A DNA stretch of 64,000 bases, taken from Sedimentisphaerales bacterium. Lineage in GTDB: Bacteria > Planctomycetota > Phycisphaerae > Sedimentisphaerales > UBA12454. Both the position numbers and the translations under genes were made by a program. The notes under the pieces were generated by a model. That model was not told the origin of the DNA, made no database searches, and saw nothing but the letters and a program-made list of their open reading frames with translations. This document shows, one piece after another, positions 34,832 through 42,621 of the stretch. The stretch lies in NCBI GenBank assembly GCA_049518795.1, contig JBEKRK010000003.1, positions 99,854 through 163,853 on the forward strand. The letters are read 5' to 3'. Positions within the stretch are counted from its first letter, which is position 1. Every line of letters starts with the position of its first letter.

Positions 34832-35613
34832 GCAAAACTAAAAGCATAGAGTATTCACCAGAGTTTACCACAGTCTGGTCTTTCCCAGAAAGAGGAAACT
34901 GGGCGACTCATAATCCGCAGTACCGCGGGAATTTTGCACCGCAGATTGCAAGAAATATCATCGAAATGTACTCAAAAAGAGGCGAAACAGTCCTTGATCC
35001 TATGGTCGGCGGCGGAACAACCATTATCGAAGCCAAGTTGCTTGTCAGGAATGCAATAGGTCTTGATATAAACCCGAAAGCGATAGAAGTAACGAAACAG
35101 GCATTAAAATTCAATCATCATCCAGCAAGCAAACAGATTGTCAAAACTGGTGATGCAAGAGATTTATCTTTTATCAAAGGCGACAGTATCGATTTAATTC
35201 TTACACATCCACCCTATATGAATATTATCAAATATTCGGACGGTCAATTTCACGGCGACCTGTCAAATATCGGCAGTATGCCAATATTCTGCGATGAAAT
35301 CGAAAAAATAGCAAAAGAACTTCATAGAGTTCTAAAACCTGATAAATATTGTGCAATACTCATAGGTGATACACGTAAGAGCAGGCATTTTGTGCCGTTA
35401 GCATATAATGTTATGCAGCGGTTTTTAAAAGTTGGTTTTATTTTAAAAGAAGATGTAGTTAAAGTTCAGCATAATTGCTCATCTACAGGCCGATGGGCGC
35501 AAAAAGCACAGAATGATAAATTTTATCTTATTATGCACGAACATTTATTTGTTTTTCGCAAGGCGAAAAAAGATGAAAATTTAGGAAAAATAAAATATTC
35601 AAGTAAAATATAA
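34828..35613 (+). CDS. Second DNA methyltransferase (N6A/N4C class, THPPY motif)
   Basis: It has the SAM motif VLDPMVGGGTTIIEA and the catalytic LILTHPPYMN. An ATGA overlap links it to the nuclease gene. Confidence 0.75.
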   Translation: MSKTKSIEYSPEFTTVWSFPERGNWATHNPQYRGNFAPQIARNIIEMYSKRGETVLDPMVGGGTTIIEAKLLVRNAIGLDINPKAIEVTKQALKFNHHPASKQIVKTGDARDLSFIKGDSIDLILTHPPYMNIIKYSDGQFHGDLSNIGSMPIFCDEIEKIAKELHRVLKPDKYCAILIGDTRKSRHFVPLAYNVMQRFLKVGFILKEDVVKVQHNCSSTGRWAQKAQNDKFYLIMHEHLFVFRKAKKDENLGKIKYSSKI

Positions 35614-35628
35614 AATAGAAGAGGGAAA

Positions 35629-35706
35629 ATGAAAGCTTTATATAAGCATAAAAAGAGCGGGGATATATTCGCAATCGAGATAGACATTAGTAGTTCAAAT
35701 TATTAA
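35629..35706 (+). other. 25-codon orphan ORF (possible remnant at the right edge of the R-M cassette)
   Basis: A GAGGGAAA RBS-like sequence precedes the ATG at 35629. The product is MKALYKHKKSGDIFAIEIDISSSNY. It is too short to assign. Confidence 0.2.
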
Positions 35707-35722
35707 CACAAAGGAACGACTT

Positions 35723-37084
35723 ATGAGAATATCGGTTGAAGAGGTTTTTGAGACGGTAAGGATGACCATCGAACAGAATTTCGATATCAGGACTGTTACG
35801 CTCGGCGTCAATCTTAAAGACTGTGTCGACAGGAACCTTGCCGCTTTTAACAAAAGAATATTCAAACGGATTTCGGAGATGGGCAAACGTCTCAATAAAT
35901 GTGCAGACCAGCTCGAACAAAAATACGGCATACCCATTACCAACAGGCGAATAAGTGTAACGCCGGTTGCGCTGCTTATCGAGCCGCTGCCGAGAAAAAT
36001 CGCGACAGCCGTATCAGTTGCCAAAACGCTCGACAAGGCCGCGAGGTCGGCGAAAATCGACTTTATCGGCGGCTTCGGCGCGCTTGTTCATAAAGGTATG
36101 ACCGCTGCGGATGAGCTTTTGATAGATTCTATTCCGCAGGCCATATCGCAGACGCAAAGATTGTGTAGTTTTTTAAATCTCGCTTCGAGCAGGGCGGGTA
36201 TGAATATGACAGCCATTGAAAAGGTTGGTCATATCATTAAGGCTCTTGCCGCGAAAAGTAAAAATGGTATCGGCTGCGCCAAGCTTGCCGTTTTTGCCAA
36301 TGTGCCGGAGGACAATCCTTTTATGGCTGGCGCCCATCACGGGATTGGCGAGGCGGATTTTTCATTGAATATCGGAATTTCAGGCCCCGGCGTAGTCAGG
36401 AATGTGGTTGCCAATAATCCGAAATGTGATTTGACGGCTTTGTCGGAGGTCATAAAGAGGACTGTTTTTAAGATTACGCGGGCAGGCGAGCTTATTGGCA
36501 GGGAGATTGCGAAGATGATGGATGTTGATTTTGGCATTGTTGATATTTCGCTTGCTTCGACGCCGAAAAGAGGAGATTCCGTAGCTGAAATTATTGAAGC
36601 TATGGGTGTTTCGCGGATGGGCAGGCCGGGTTCTACTGCGGCTTTAGCGATGTTGATGGACGCAGTAAAAAAAGGCGGCGGTTTTGCCTCTGGCAATGTA
36701 GGCGGATTATCGGGGACGTTTATTCCGGTAAGTGAAGATGCAGGGATGATTCGTGCAGTGCGGACGGGAGCGCTTAGTCTCGAAAAGCTCGAAGCCCTGA
36801 CCAGCGTTTGCTCCGTCGGTCTTGATATGTTTGCGATTCCCGGCGACACGCCAGCAGACGTTATTAGCGCAATAATAGCAGATGAACTTGCAATCGGAGT
36901 CGTTAATAATAAGACAACCAGCGTGCGCGTTATACCAATTCCGGGCAAAAAAGCGGGGCAAATTGTCCACTTCGGAGGCCTTTTAGGGTCGGCACCAATT
37001 ATGAAAATCCCGAAAAAAGCATCACCAAATTTCGTAAAACGCAAAGGTCGAATACCAGCACAAATACAGGCATTGAGAAATTAA
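35723..37084 (+). CDS. UPF0210 (DUF711, PFL-like) family protein
   Basis: VFETVRMTIEQNFDIRTVTLGVNLKDC is the characteristic UPF0210 N-terminus. It is 453 aa with core-like GC content. Confidence 0.85.
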   Translation: MRISVEEVFETVRMTIEQNFDIRTVTLGVNLKDCVDRNLAAFNKRIFKRISEMGKRLNKCADQLEQKYGIPITNRRISVTPVALLIEPLPRKIATAVSVAKTLDKAARSAKIDFIGGFGALVHKGMTAADELLIDSIPQAISQTQRLCSFLNLASSRAGMNMTAIEKVGHIIKALAAKSKNGIGCAKLAVFANVPEDNPFMAGAHHGIGEADFSLNIGISGPGVVRNVVANNPKCDLTALSEVIKRTVFKITRAGELIGREIAKMMDVDFGIVDISLASTPKRGDSVAEIIEAMGVSRMGRPGSTAALAMLMDAVKKGGGFASGNVGGLSGTFIPVSEDAGMIRAVRTGALSLEKLEALTSVCSVGLDMFAIPGDTPADVISAIIADELAIGVVNNKTTSVRVIPIPGKKAGQIVHFGGLLGSAPIMKIPKKASPNFVKRKGRIPAQIQALRN

Positions 37085-37153
37085 ATTTTAGGGTACAGAA
37101 TGTAGGGTATAGTATGACTGTCGCAGAGGCGACTAAATAGTGACGAGTAATTT

Positions 37154-37732
37154 ATGTGGAATATTTTTGAATATCCGTTTGCCGGGATTGGGGCGGCGAT
37201 TATCGTTTTTATCGCCTTGTGGATTTTCCGAGCGGTTTGCCCCGATAAAAAACGCTGGTGGCAACTATTTATACCACTTCTAATAGTTATCGCTGCCGTC
37301 GCGGTCGCGTATTTTGTCGAAACCGATAAAGAAAAAATCCAAGGTGCAATAAACAAAGGAATCAAGGCTTTCGAACAACAAAAAATCGAGCCTATAAAAG
37401 AAATTGTCGCTGACGATTATACAGACCCATACCACAGCTCAAAAGACATAATCATCGCATACTGCCAGGCCCTCTTCCAAACGGCAACCGTCGAAAAAAT
37501 AAGCATATTCAGCCGACAAATTGAAATCCAGGACGATAAAGCGACTTTTACAGTTGAAGGACTTGTAAAATTTACCGAACAAAGCGAAATTGCAAAGATG
37601 GGCAAGCCGTTTATGATTGTCAAGGCGAGATTTTATTTCCGTAAGACCATTCAAAAAAAATGGTTAATAAACAGCAGCGAAATTCTGGAGCTTGACAGAC
37701 AAGCAGTAAACTGGGGGCAAATGCGCAATTAA
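37154..37732 (+). CDS. Two-TM membrane protein with small soluble C-terminal domain, unknown function
   Basis: It has two N-terminal hydrophobic helices. No family was recognised. Confidence 0.45.
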   Translation: MWNIFEYPFAGIGAAIIVFIALWIFRAVCPDKKRWWQLFIPLLIVIAAVAVAYFVETDKEKIQGAINKGIKAFEQQKIEPIKEIVADDYTDPYHSSKDIIIAYCQALFQTATVEKISIFSRQIEIQDDKATFTVEGLVKFTEQSEIAKMGKPFMIVKARFYFRKTIQKKWLINSSEILELDRQAVNWGQMRN

Positions 37733-37737
37733 AATTC

Positions 37738-37765
37738 TTAGCCACTAAGACACGAAGACACAAAG
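37738..37765. repeat. Family A left-arm half copy
   Basis: The sequence is ttagccactaagacacgaagacacaaag. Its TAG (37739-37741) lies in frame two codons after the TAA of the 37154 gene. Confidence 0.75.
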
Positions 37766-38076
37766 AAAAGAAGTAAGGAGATAAGGAGGCAGGGAAGTGA
37801 GGATATGTGTTATGGTGTGGGTATCGGTAACGTCACGATATCGGTAAAGGTAAAAATAGTTAAACGGTTTTAACGAACCCTGCCAAGGTATTGGCAGGGC
37901 TAACCCCCCGCCCACGGGTGGCAGGGCTAAACAGAACCATAAAATTTTATTGTTGAGTTTGAAAAGAAAAAGAGTAGAATTTTAGTAAAGCAACGAGGAG
38001 TTGCAACATAGAGACTGTAATAAAAAATAGATGATTACCTCTACCTATATTCAAAAAGAAAGAGAATAATACTGCC

Positions 38077-39690
38077 ATGATTAAAAAAATATTTATTCAA
38101 AACTATAAAATCTTTGATCGCTTCGATCTAGAGTTGAATAGTGACTTAAATATCGTTGTTGGTGATAATGAAGTTGGGAAATCAACTATTCTTGAGGCCA
38201 TCAATCTTGCCTTGACAAAAAGACTTAATGGAAAATCGATTGAGTATGAAATAACACCCTATCTGTTTAATAAAATATGTGCTAATGAATGGCTCAAGTC
38301 TATAAAAGATAGTAAGCCAATAGAATTGCCGGAAATTATTATTGAACTTTATCTAGAGGATGTCCCTAAATTGGCATCATTACGAGGAAGAATGAACTCA
38401 AAAAGGGAAGATTGTATTGGCGTGAAATTAGAAATTGTATTCGATGAAGATTATACGGAAGACTATCAAACCCTGATCGCAGACCCGTCTAAAGTACAAT
38501 TAATTCCTGCAGAATTTTATAAGGTTCAATGGTATTCTTTTGCTAATAATGCAATTTCTATAAGAGGTTTACCCATTCGCTTATCGTATATTGACGCTAC
38601 GACAATACGATTGCAAAGTGGTACGGATTATTATCTTCAAGATATTATTAAAACTGATCTCGACGCAAAAGAACGAGTGGGGCTCAACATTGCCTATAGG
38701 GAGTTGAAAGAACATTTTTCTAAGGAAGCTTCTATTAAGGGGATCAATGACAGACTACAAACCAAGAAGGGTGCTATTACAAATAAGAATCTTTCTATCT
38801 CAATTGATATCTCTCAGAGGTCAAATTGGGAGACAAACCTTGTGCCTCACCTGGATGATTTACCTTTTCAGCTTATTGGCAAAGGAGAACAAAATGCTCT
38901 TAAAATAATGCTTGCGCTAGAACGTAAAGGTGTTGAGTCAAATATCATTCTTATTGAAGAGCCAGAAAATCATTTGTCATTTTCTTCAATGAACACGCTG
39001 ATTTCAAAAATTAAAGATAAATGTGCGGGAAAGCAAATAATTATTGCGACTCACAGTACTTATGTACTTAACAAGCTAGGGCTTGAGAGTCTGATTCTAC
39101 TTCACGATAATGAAAAAGATAAAAAGATTGAGACGGCATCTTTAAGAAACCTTCCAGATGATACGCAGGATTATTTCAGAAAGTTGTCTGGTTATGATAC
39201 GTTAAGGCTTGTTCTCGCGAAAAAAGCTATTTTGGTTGAGGGGCCATCAGATGAGCTTGTTGTGCAGAAAGTATATTCACAGAAACACAAAAAGCTCCCC
39301 ATTGAAAAAGGGATAGATGTAATAAATGTCCGAGGATTATCATTTTCTAGATTTCTAGATATTGCAAAGGAATTGAAAAATAATGTGGTTGTAGTAACTG
39401 ATAACGATGGTGATTATGCAAATAAAGTTGATGCAAAATATAAGGACTATAAAAGCCTTGCGAATATCAAAATTTGTCGGTCAGAAGATAATTCGGCACC
39501 AACGCTTGAGCCGCAACTTGTAAAGTGCAACGAATTAAAGGTTTTAAATAAGATTTTAGATAAAAATTTTACGGATAAAGGAACAATAAAAGATTATATG
39601 GAAAAGAACAAAACAGAATGTGCTTTGAAAATTTTTGAAACTAAAGAAAACATTTTATTTCCTAGTTATCTCGAAGATGCAATTAAGTAA
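38077..39690 (+). CDS. OLD-family ATP-dependent nuclease (ABC-type ATPase + Toprim), GajA-like
   Basis: It has Walker A VVGDNEVGKSTILEAI, the signature-like IGKGEQNALKIMLAL and Walker B IILIEEPENHLS. The Toprim segments are AILVEGPSDELVVQ and VVVVTDNDGD. The region is AT-rich. Confidence 0.8.
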   Translation: MIKKIFIQNYKIFDRFDLELNSDLNIVVGDNEVGKSTILEAINLALTKRLNGKSIEYEITPYLFNKICANEWLKSIKDSKPIELPEIIIELYLEDVPKLASLRGRMNSKREDCIGVKLEIVFDEDYTEDYQTLIADPSKVQLIPAEFYKVQWYSFANNAISIRGLPIRLSYIDATTIRLQSGTDYYLQDIIKTDLDAKERVGLNIAYRELKEHFSKEASIKGINDRLQTKKGAITNKNLSISIDISQRSNWETNLVPHLDDLPFQLIGKGEQNALKIMLALERKGVESNIILIEEPENHLSFSSMNTLISKIKDKCAGKQIIIATHSTYVLNKLGLESLILLHDNEKDKKIETASLRNLPDDTQDYFRKLSGYDTLRLVLAKKAILVEGPSDELVVQKVYSQKHKKLPIEKGIDVINVRGLSFSRFLDIAKELKNNVVVVTDNDGDYANKVDAKYKDYKSLANIKICRSEDNSAPTLEPQLVKCNELKVLNKILDKNFTDKGTIKDYMEKNKTECALKIFETKENILFPSYLEDAIK

Positions 39691-40732
39691 AAACAAAATA
39701 ATTATAGCCTGTGCTGGTTCTGGCAAGACAACTTATATTGTTGAAGAAGCTTTAAAGTTGAAAGACAAAAAAGTTTTAGTTATAACTTATACAAATGAAA
39801 ATTTGGATCAGATTAGATCGTTTTTTATTGATAAATCTGGATACATTCCGGCAAACATAACTGTTCAGTCATGGTTTAGTTGTTTATTGCAAGAAGGCGT
39901 AAGACCATATCAAAACTACAAAACAGAAAGAAAACGGATTCGGTCAATTTACTATTTTAAAAAAGAAGATGCTGAATTAATAAAAAAATTGAGATATATA
40001 AAAGAAGAAAATGATAGTCATTATCTGACAAAGAATAATTATTTATATGAAGATAAAGTGTCTCAGTTTTTTTATAAGTGTAATGAATTATCCAAAGGTT
40101 TAGTTTTAAAAAGGTTGGGAAAAATTTATGATTATTTATTTATAGATGAGGCGCAAGATTTGGAAGGTTGGGATTATGATTTAATTGGCAATTTATTTGA
40201 TTCTTCACTATCTATTGTTTTAGTAGGTGACCCAAGACAGAAAATATTGAAAACTCATCGACATTTAAAAAACAAAGGATTTGATACGGTTTTCGATTGG
40301 TTAGATAAAAAAAAGAAGAATAATTATATTTGTGAGATAAATAATGCATCATTCAGATGCAATCAATGCATATGCGATTTTGCTGACAAGTTATTCCCTC
40401 ATTTGCCAAAAACGGTTTCTAAAAATTTGAGCATAACAGGACACGATGGGATTTTTTACATTTTAGATAATGAAATAGATATCTATATGAAAACGCACCA
40501 TCCAGTAATTCTTAGGTACAACAAAAAAGCGGACACCTTGGATTTTTCTGGAATTAATATTGGGATAGCTAAAGGAAGAACTTATGACAGAGTTTTAATT
40601 TTTCCTACAAATCCAATGCTTGAGTATTTAAAAACGAAAGATATATCAAAAGCTGGTGATAAGTTTAAGCTATATGTTGCTATTACGAGAGCAAGATATA
40701 GTGTGGCTTTTGTTGTAAGCGAAAATATCTGA
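39677..40732 (+). CDS. Compact UvrD-like SF1 helicase (351 aa), GajB-like
   Basis: It has IIIACAGSGKTT (motif I), VITYTN (Ia), FIDEAQDL (II), LVGDPRQK (III) and YVAITRARYSV (VI). The ATG at 39677 overlaps the upstream gene by 14 nt. Confidence 0.75.
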   Translation: MQLSKNKIIIACAGSGKTTYIVEEALKLKDKKVLVITYTNENLDQIRSFFIDKSGYIPANITVQSWFSCLLQEGVRPYQNYKTERKRIRSIYYFKKEDAELIKKLRYIKEENDSHYLTKNNYLYEDKVSQFFYKCNELSKGLVLKRLGKIYDYLFIDEAQDLEGWDYDLIGNLFDSSLSIVLVGDPRQKILKTHRHLKNKGFDTVFDWLDKKKKNNYICEINNASFRCNQCICDFADKLFPHLPKTVSKNLSITGHDGIFYILDNEIDIYMKTHHPVILRYNKKADTLDFSGINIGIAKGRTYDRVLIFPTNPMLEYLKTKDISKAGDKFKLYVAITRARYSVAFVVSENI

Positions 40733-40748
40733 TTAAGAGATTTTGGAT

Positions 40749-41312
40749 ATGCCAGATAGAGACGTTAAGACAATTAAGGATTTAATCTTTTATCAATACG
40801 CCAAGATTATTGCGCGCAGGGCATTTTCTGCGGCGGATGGGAAAGAGGCGAAGAAATATAATTACGGGTTTGTGAAAAATACGTTTCGGGAACTGCAAAG
40901 CGGGGTCAAACAGTGGTCGGAAATAACGCGGGAGGACTGGCAACTTGTCGAGGCAGAGAAAAAATGCGCTTACTGCGGCAGTTCGGAAAATATAGTCAAA
41001 GAACATATTGTGCCAAAGTCTTTGAGAATAAAGCCGGAGTGTGAAAGCTGCGATACGATACAGGGGATACATAATCAGGTGTGGGCGTGCGGCAACTGCA
41101 ATAGTTTGAAAAAAACAAAAGGATTATATGAGTTTTTCAAAGGGAAATACCCGAATGAAAAGAAATTCTACGATATGATACCGACATTGTTAGAGAAGAA
41201 ATACCTTAAGACGATATTTAACTGCCACCAGTGCGCTGAAACACTCGATAAAGGCAATTTGAAAGACGAGGAAATTAACGTGCTCGATATTGATTTTATT
41301 CTTCATGGTTAG
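40749..41312 (+). CDS. HNH nuclease (third gene of the OLD/UvrD module)
   Basis: It has CAYCGSSENIVKEHIVPKS and VWACGNCNSLKKTKG (HNH with Cys pairs). It starts 17 nt after the helicase gene, on the same strand and with the same AT-rich composition. Confidence 0.75.
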   Translation: MPDRDVKTIKDLIFYQYAKIIARRAFSAADGKEAKKYNYGFVKNTFRELQSGVKQWSEITREDWQLVEAEKKCAYCGSSENIVKEHIVPKSLRIKPECESCDTIQGIHNQVWACGNCNSLKKTKGLYEFFKGKYPNEKKFYDMIPTLLEKKYLKTIFNCHQCAETLDKGNLKDEEINVLDIDFILHG

Positions 41313-41400
41313 GAACCCTCAATCCCCGACCGGAGAACAATAACCCCATAACATCCGCCTTCGCCAAAAGGCTTCGTCGAGACAAGTAAAGTTAGGGGCT

Positions 41401-42108
41401 TTAGGATTTCATCAGGTTGTTGAAATAAGACGGGGTTTGGGATTCAAAGGTCATTAGTTTGCCGGTGGCTGGGTGCTTAAAAGAAATAGACCTGGCGTGA
41501 AGGGCAAGTCTTTTTAGGCCATCGTCAGCATTTCCATATTTTCTGTCGCCTGCAAGAGGATGGCATAAATCAGCAAAATGGACTCTTATCTGATTCTTCC
41601 TGCCGGTAAGAAGATTAACCTCTATCAGACTAAAATGCTTTGTCTCCTTTAGAACCTTGTAAGCGGTATGCGAGAGTTTGCCTTTGGCGGGGTCTTTCGT
41701 GGAATAAACAACAAAAGCTTTGTTCTCGGCCAAGTAAGAGGAAATAATTCCTTCTTTCTGCGATAGGCGGCCGTGGACTACAGCAATATATTTTTTTTGA
41801 ATATCCTTCCACTGCTCCTGCAGGCGCATTTTAATTTCCTCGCTTTTTGCGAAGATAAGAACGCCGGAAGTCCACTGGTCAAGCCTGTGAACTATAAAAA
41901 TTCTGTTTTTGGATTTCGGATTGCCTTTCCTGACATAATCGGTGAGGATGTAATAAGCAGTTTTTGTCTTGTTTGTTTCGGTGCCGACGGTTAATAAGCC
42001 TGCGGGTTTATCGACGACGATAATATCATCATCTTCATAAAGAATTTCCAGATTTCTGGGCAACTTGCGGTAATTTAAGTGTTTTTTATGAGCCATAATC
42101 CTATACAT
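41401..42108 (-). CDS. RluA-family pseudouridine synthase
   Basis: DDIIVVDKPAGLL and the catalytic HRLDQWTSGVLIFAKS are present. Confidence 0.9.
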   Translation of the reverse strand: MYRIMAHKKHLNYRKLPRNLEILYEDDDIIVVDKPAGLLTVGTETNKTKTAYYILTDYVRKGNPKSKNRIFIVHRLDQWTSGVLIFAKSEEIKMRLQEQWKDIQKKYIAVVHGRLSQKEGIISSYLAENKAFVVYSTKDPAKGKLSHTAYKVLKETKHFSLIEVNLLTGRKNQIRVHFADLCHPLAGDRKYGNADDGLKRLALHARSISFKHPATGKLMTFESQTPSYFNNLMKS

Positions 42109-42144
42109 TTAACCGAACATCTTCGTTATTTCACGTATAATTTA

Positions 42145-42253
42145 AAGGAAGTAAAGAGGTAAAGAGGCAAGGAAGTAAGGAAATAACTACTCCCTAATGG
42201 TCGCGGCTGGGACGTCCTTATTTCCTTAATTCTTTACTTCCTTACATCCTTTT
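42145..42253. repeat. Inverted pair of GTAAGGAA-type stutter arrays in a divergent promoter region
   Basis: The left array aaggaagtaaagaggtaaagaggcaaggaagtaaggaaataac (42145-42187) faces gtccttatttccttaattctttacttccttacatcctttt (42214-42253). Confidence 0.75.
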
Positions 42254-42255
42254 AG

Positions 42256-42283
42256 TATAATTTCTGATTATTTAAATAATCAG
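42256..42283 (+). promoter_or_regulatory. TATAAT box plus perfect 20-bp palindrome (candidate operator) upstream of the nfu-like gene
   Basis: TATAAT lies at 42256-42261. CTGATTATTTAAATAATCAG at 42264-42283 is its own reverse complement and abuts the AGGAG RBS. Confidence 0.4.
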
Positions 42284-42293
42284 GAGTAAGAAA

Positions 42294-42554
42294 ATGTGTG
42301 AAAATTGCGGATGTAACAGTGAAAAGAGCCTTAAAGACAAGGTTTCGGAAGTAATCGACGGAATCCGTCCGATGCTGCAAAATGACGGCGGCGATATAGA
42401 GCTTATAGAAATAGATGCAAATAACGCTGTAAAGGTCCGGCTTCAAGGGGCCTGCAGAGGCTGCCCGGGGGCACAAATGACGCTAAAAATGGGCGTGGAA
42501 AGACTCCTTAAGGAAAGAGTGCCGGAAGTCAAAGAAGTCATCGCTGTCAAATAA
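42294..42554 (+). CDS. NifU C-terminal-domain (Nfu-type) Fe-S cluster protein
   Basis: IRPMLQNDGGDIELIEID...VKVRLQGACRGCPGAQMTLK contains the CxxC Nfu motif. Confidence 0.85.
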   Translation: MCENCGCNSEKSLKDKVSEVIDGIRPMLQNDGGDIELIEIDANNAVKVRLQGACRGCPGAQMTLKMGVERLLKERVPEVKEVIAVK

Positions 42555-42621
42555 ACGCTGATTGACACTGACTAAAACACGGACGGACACAGACTAAAGG
42601 CTTTTTTATTTTTATCAACTC

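Noticed and set aside
32374-41400. A prophage or integrative element with integrase/att sites.
   Set aside because: I recognised no integrase, recombinase, transposase, phage structural gene or flanking tRNA. No convincing direct repeats bracket the whole region.
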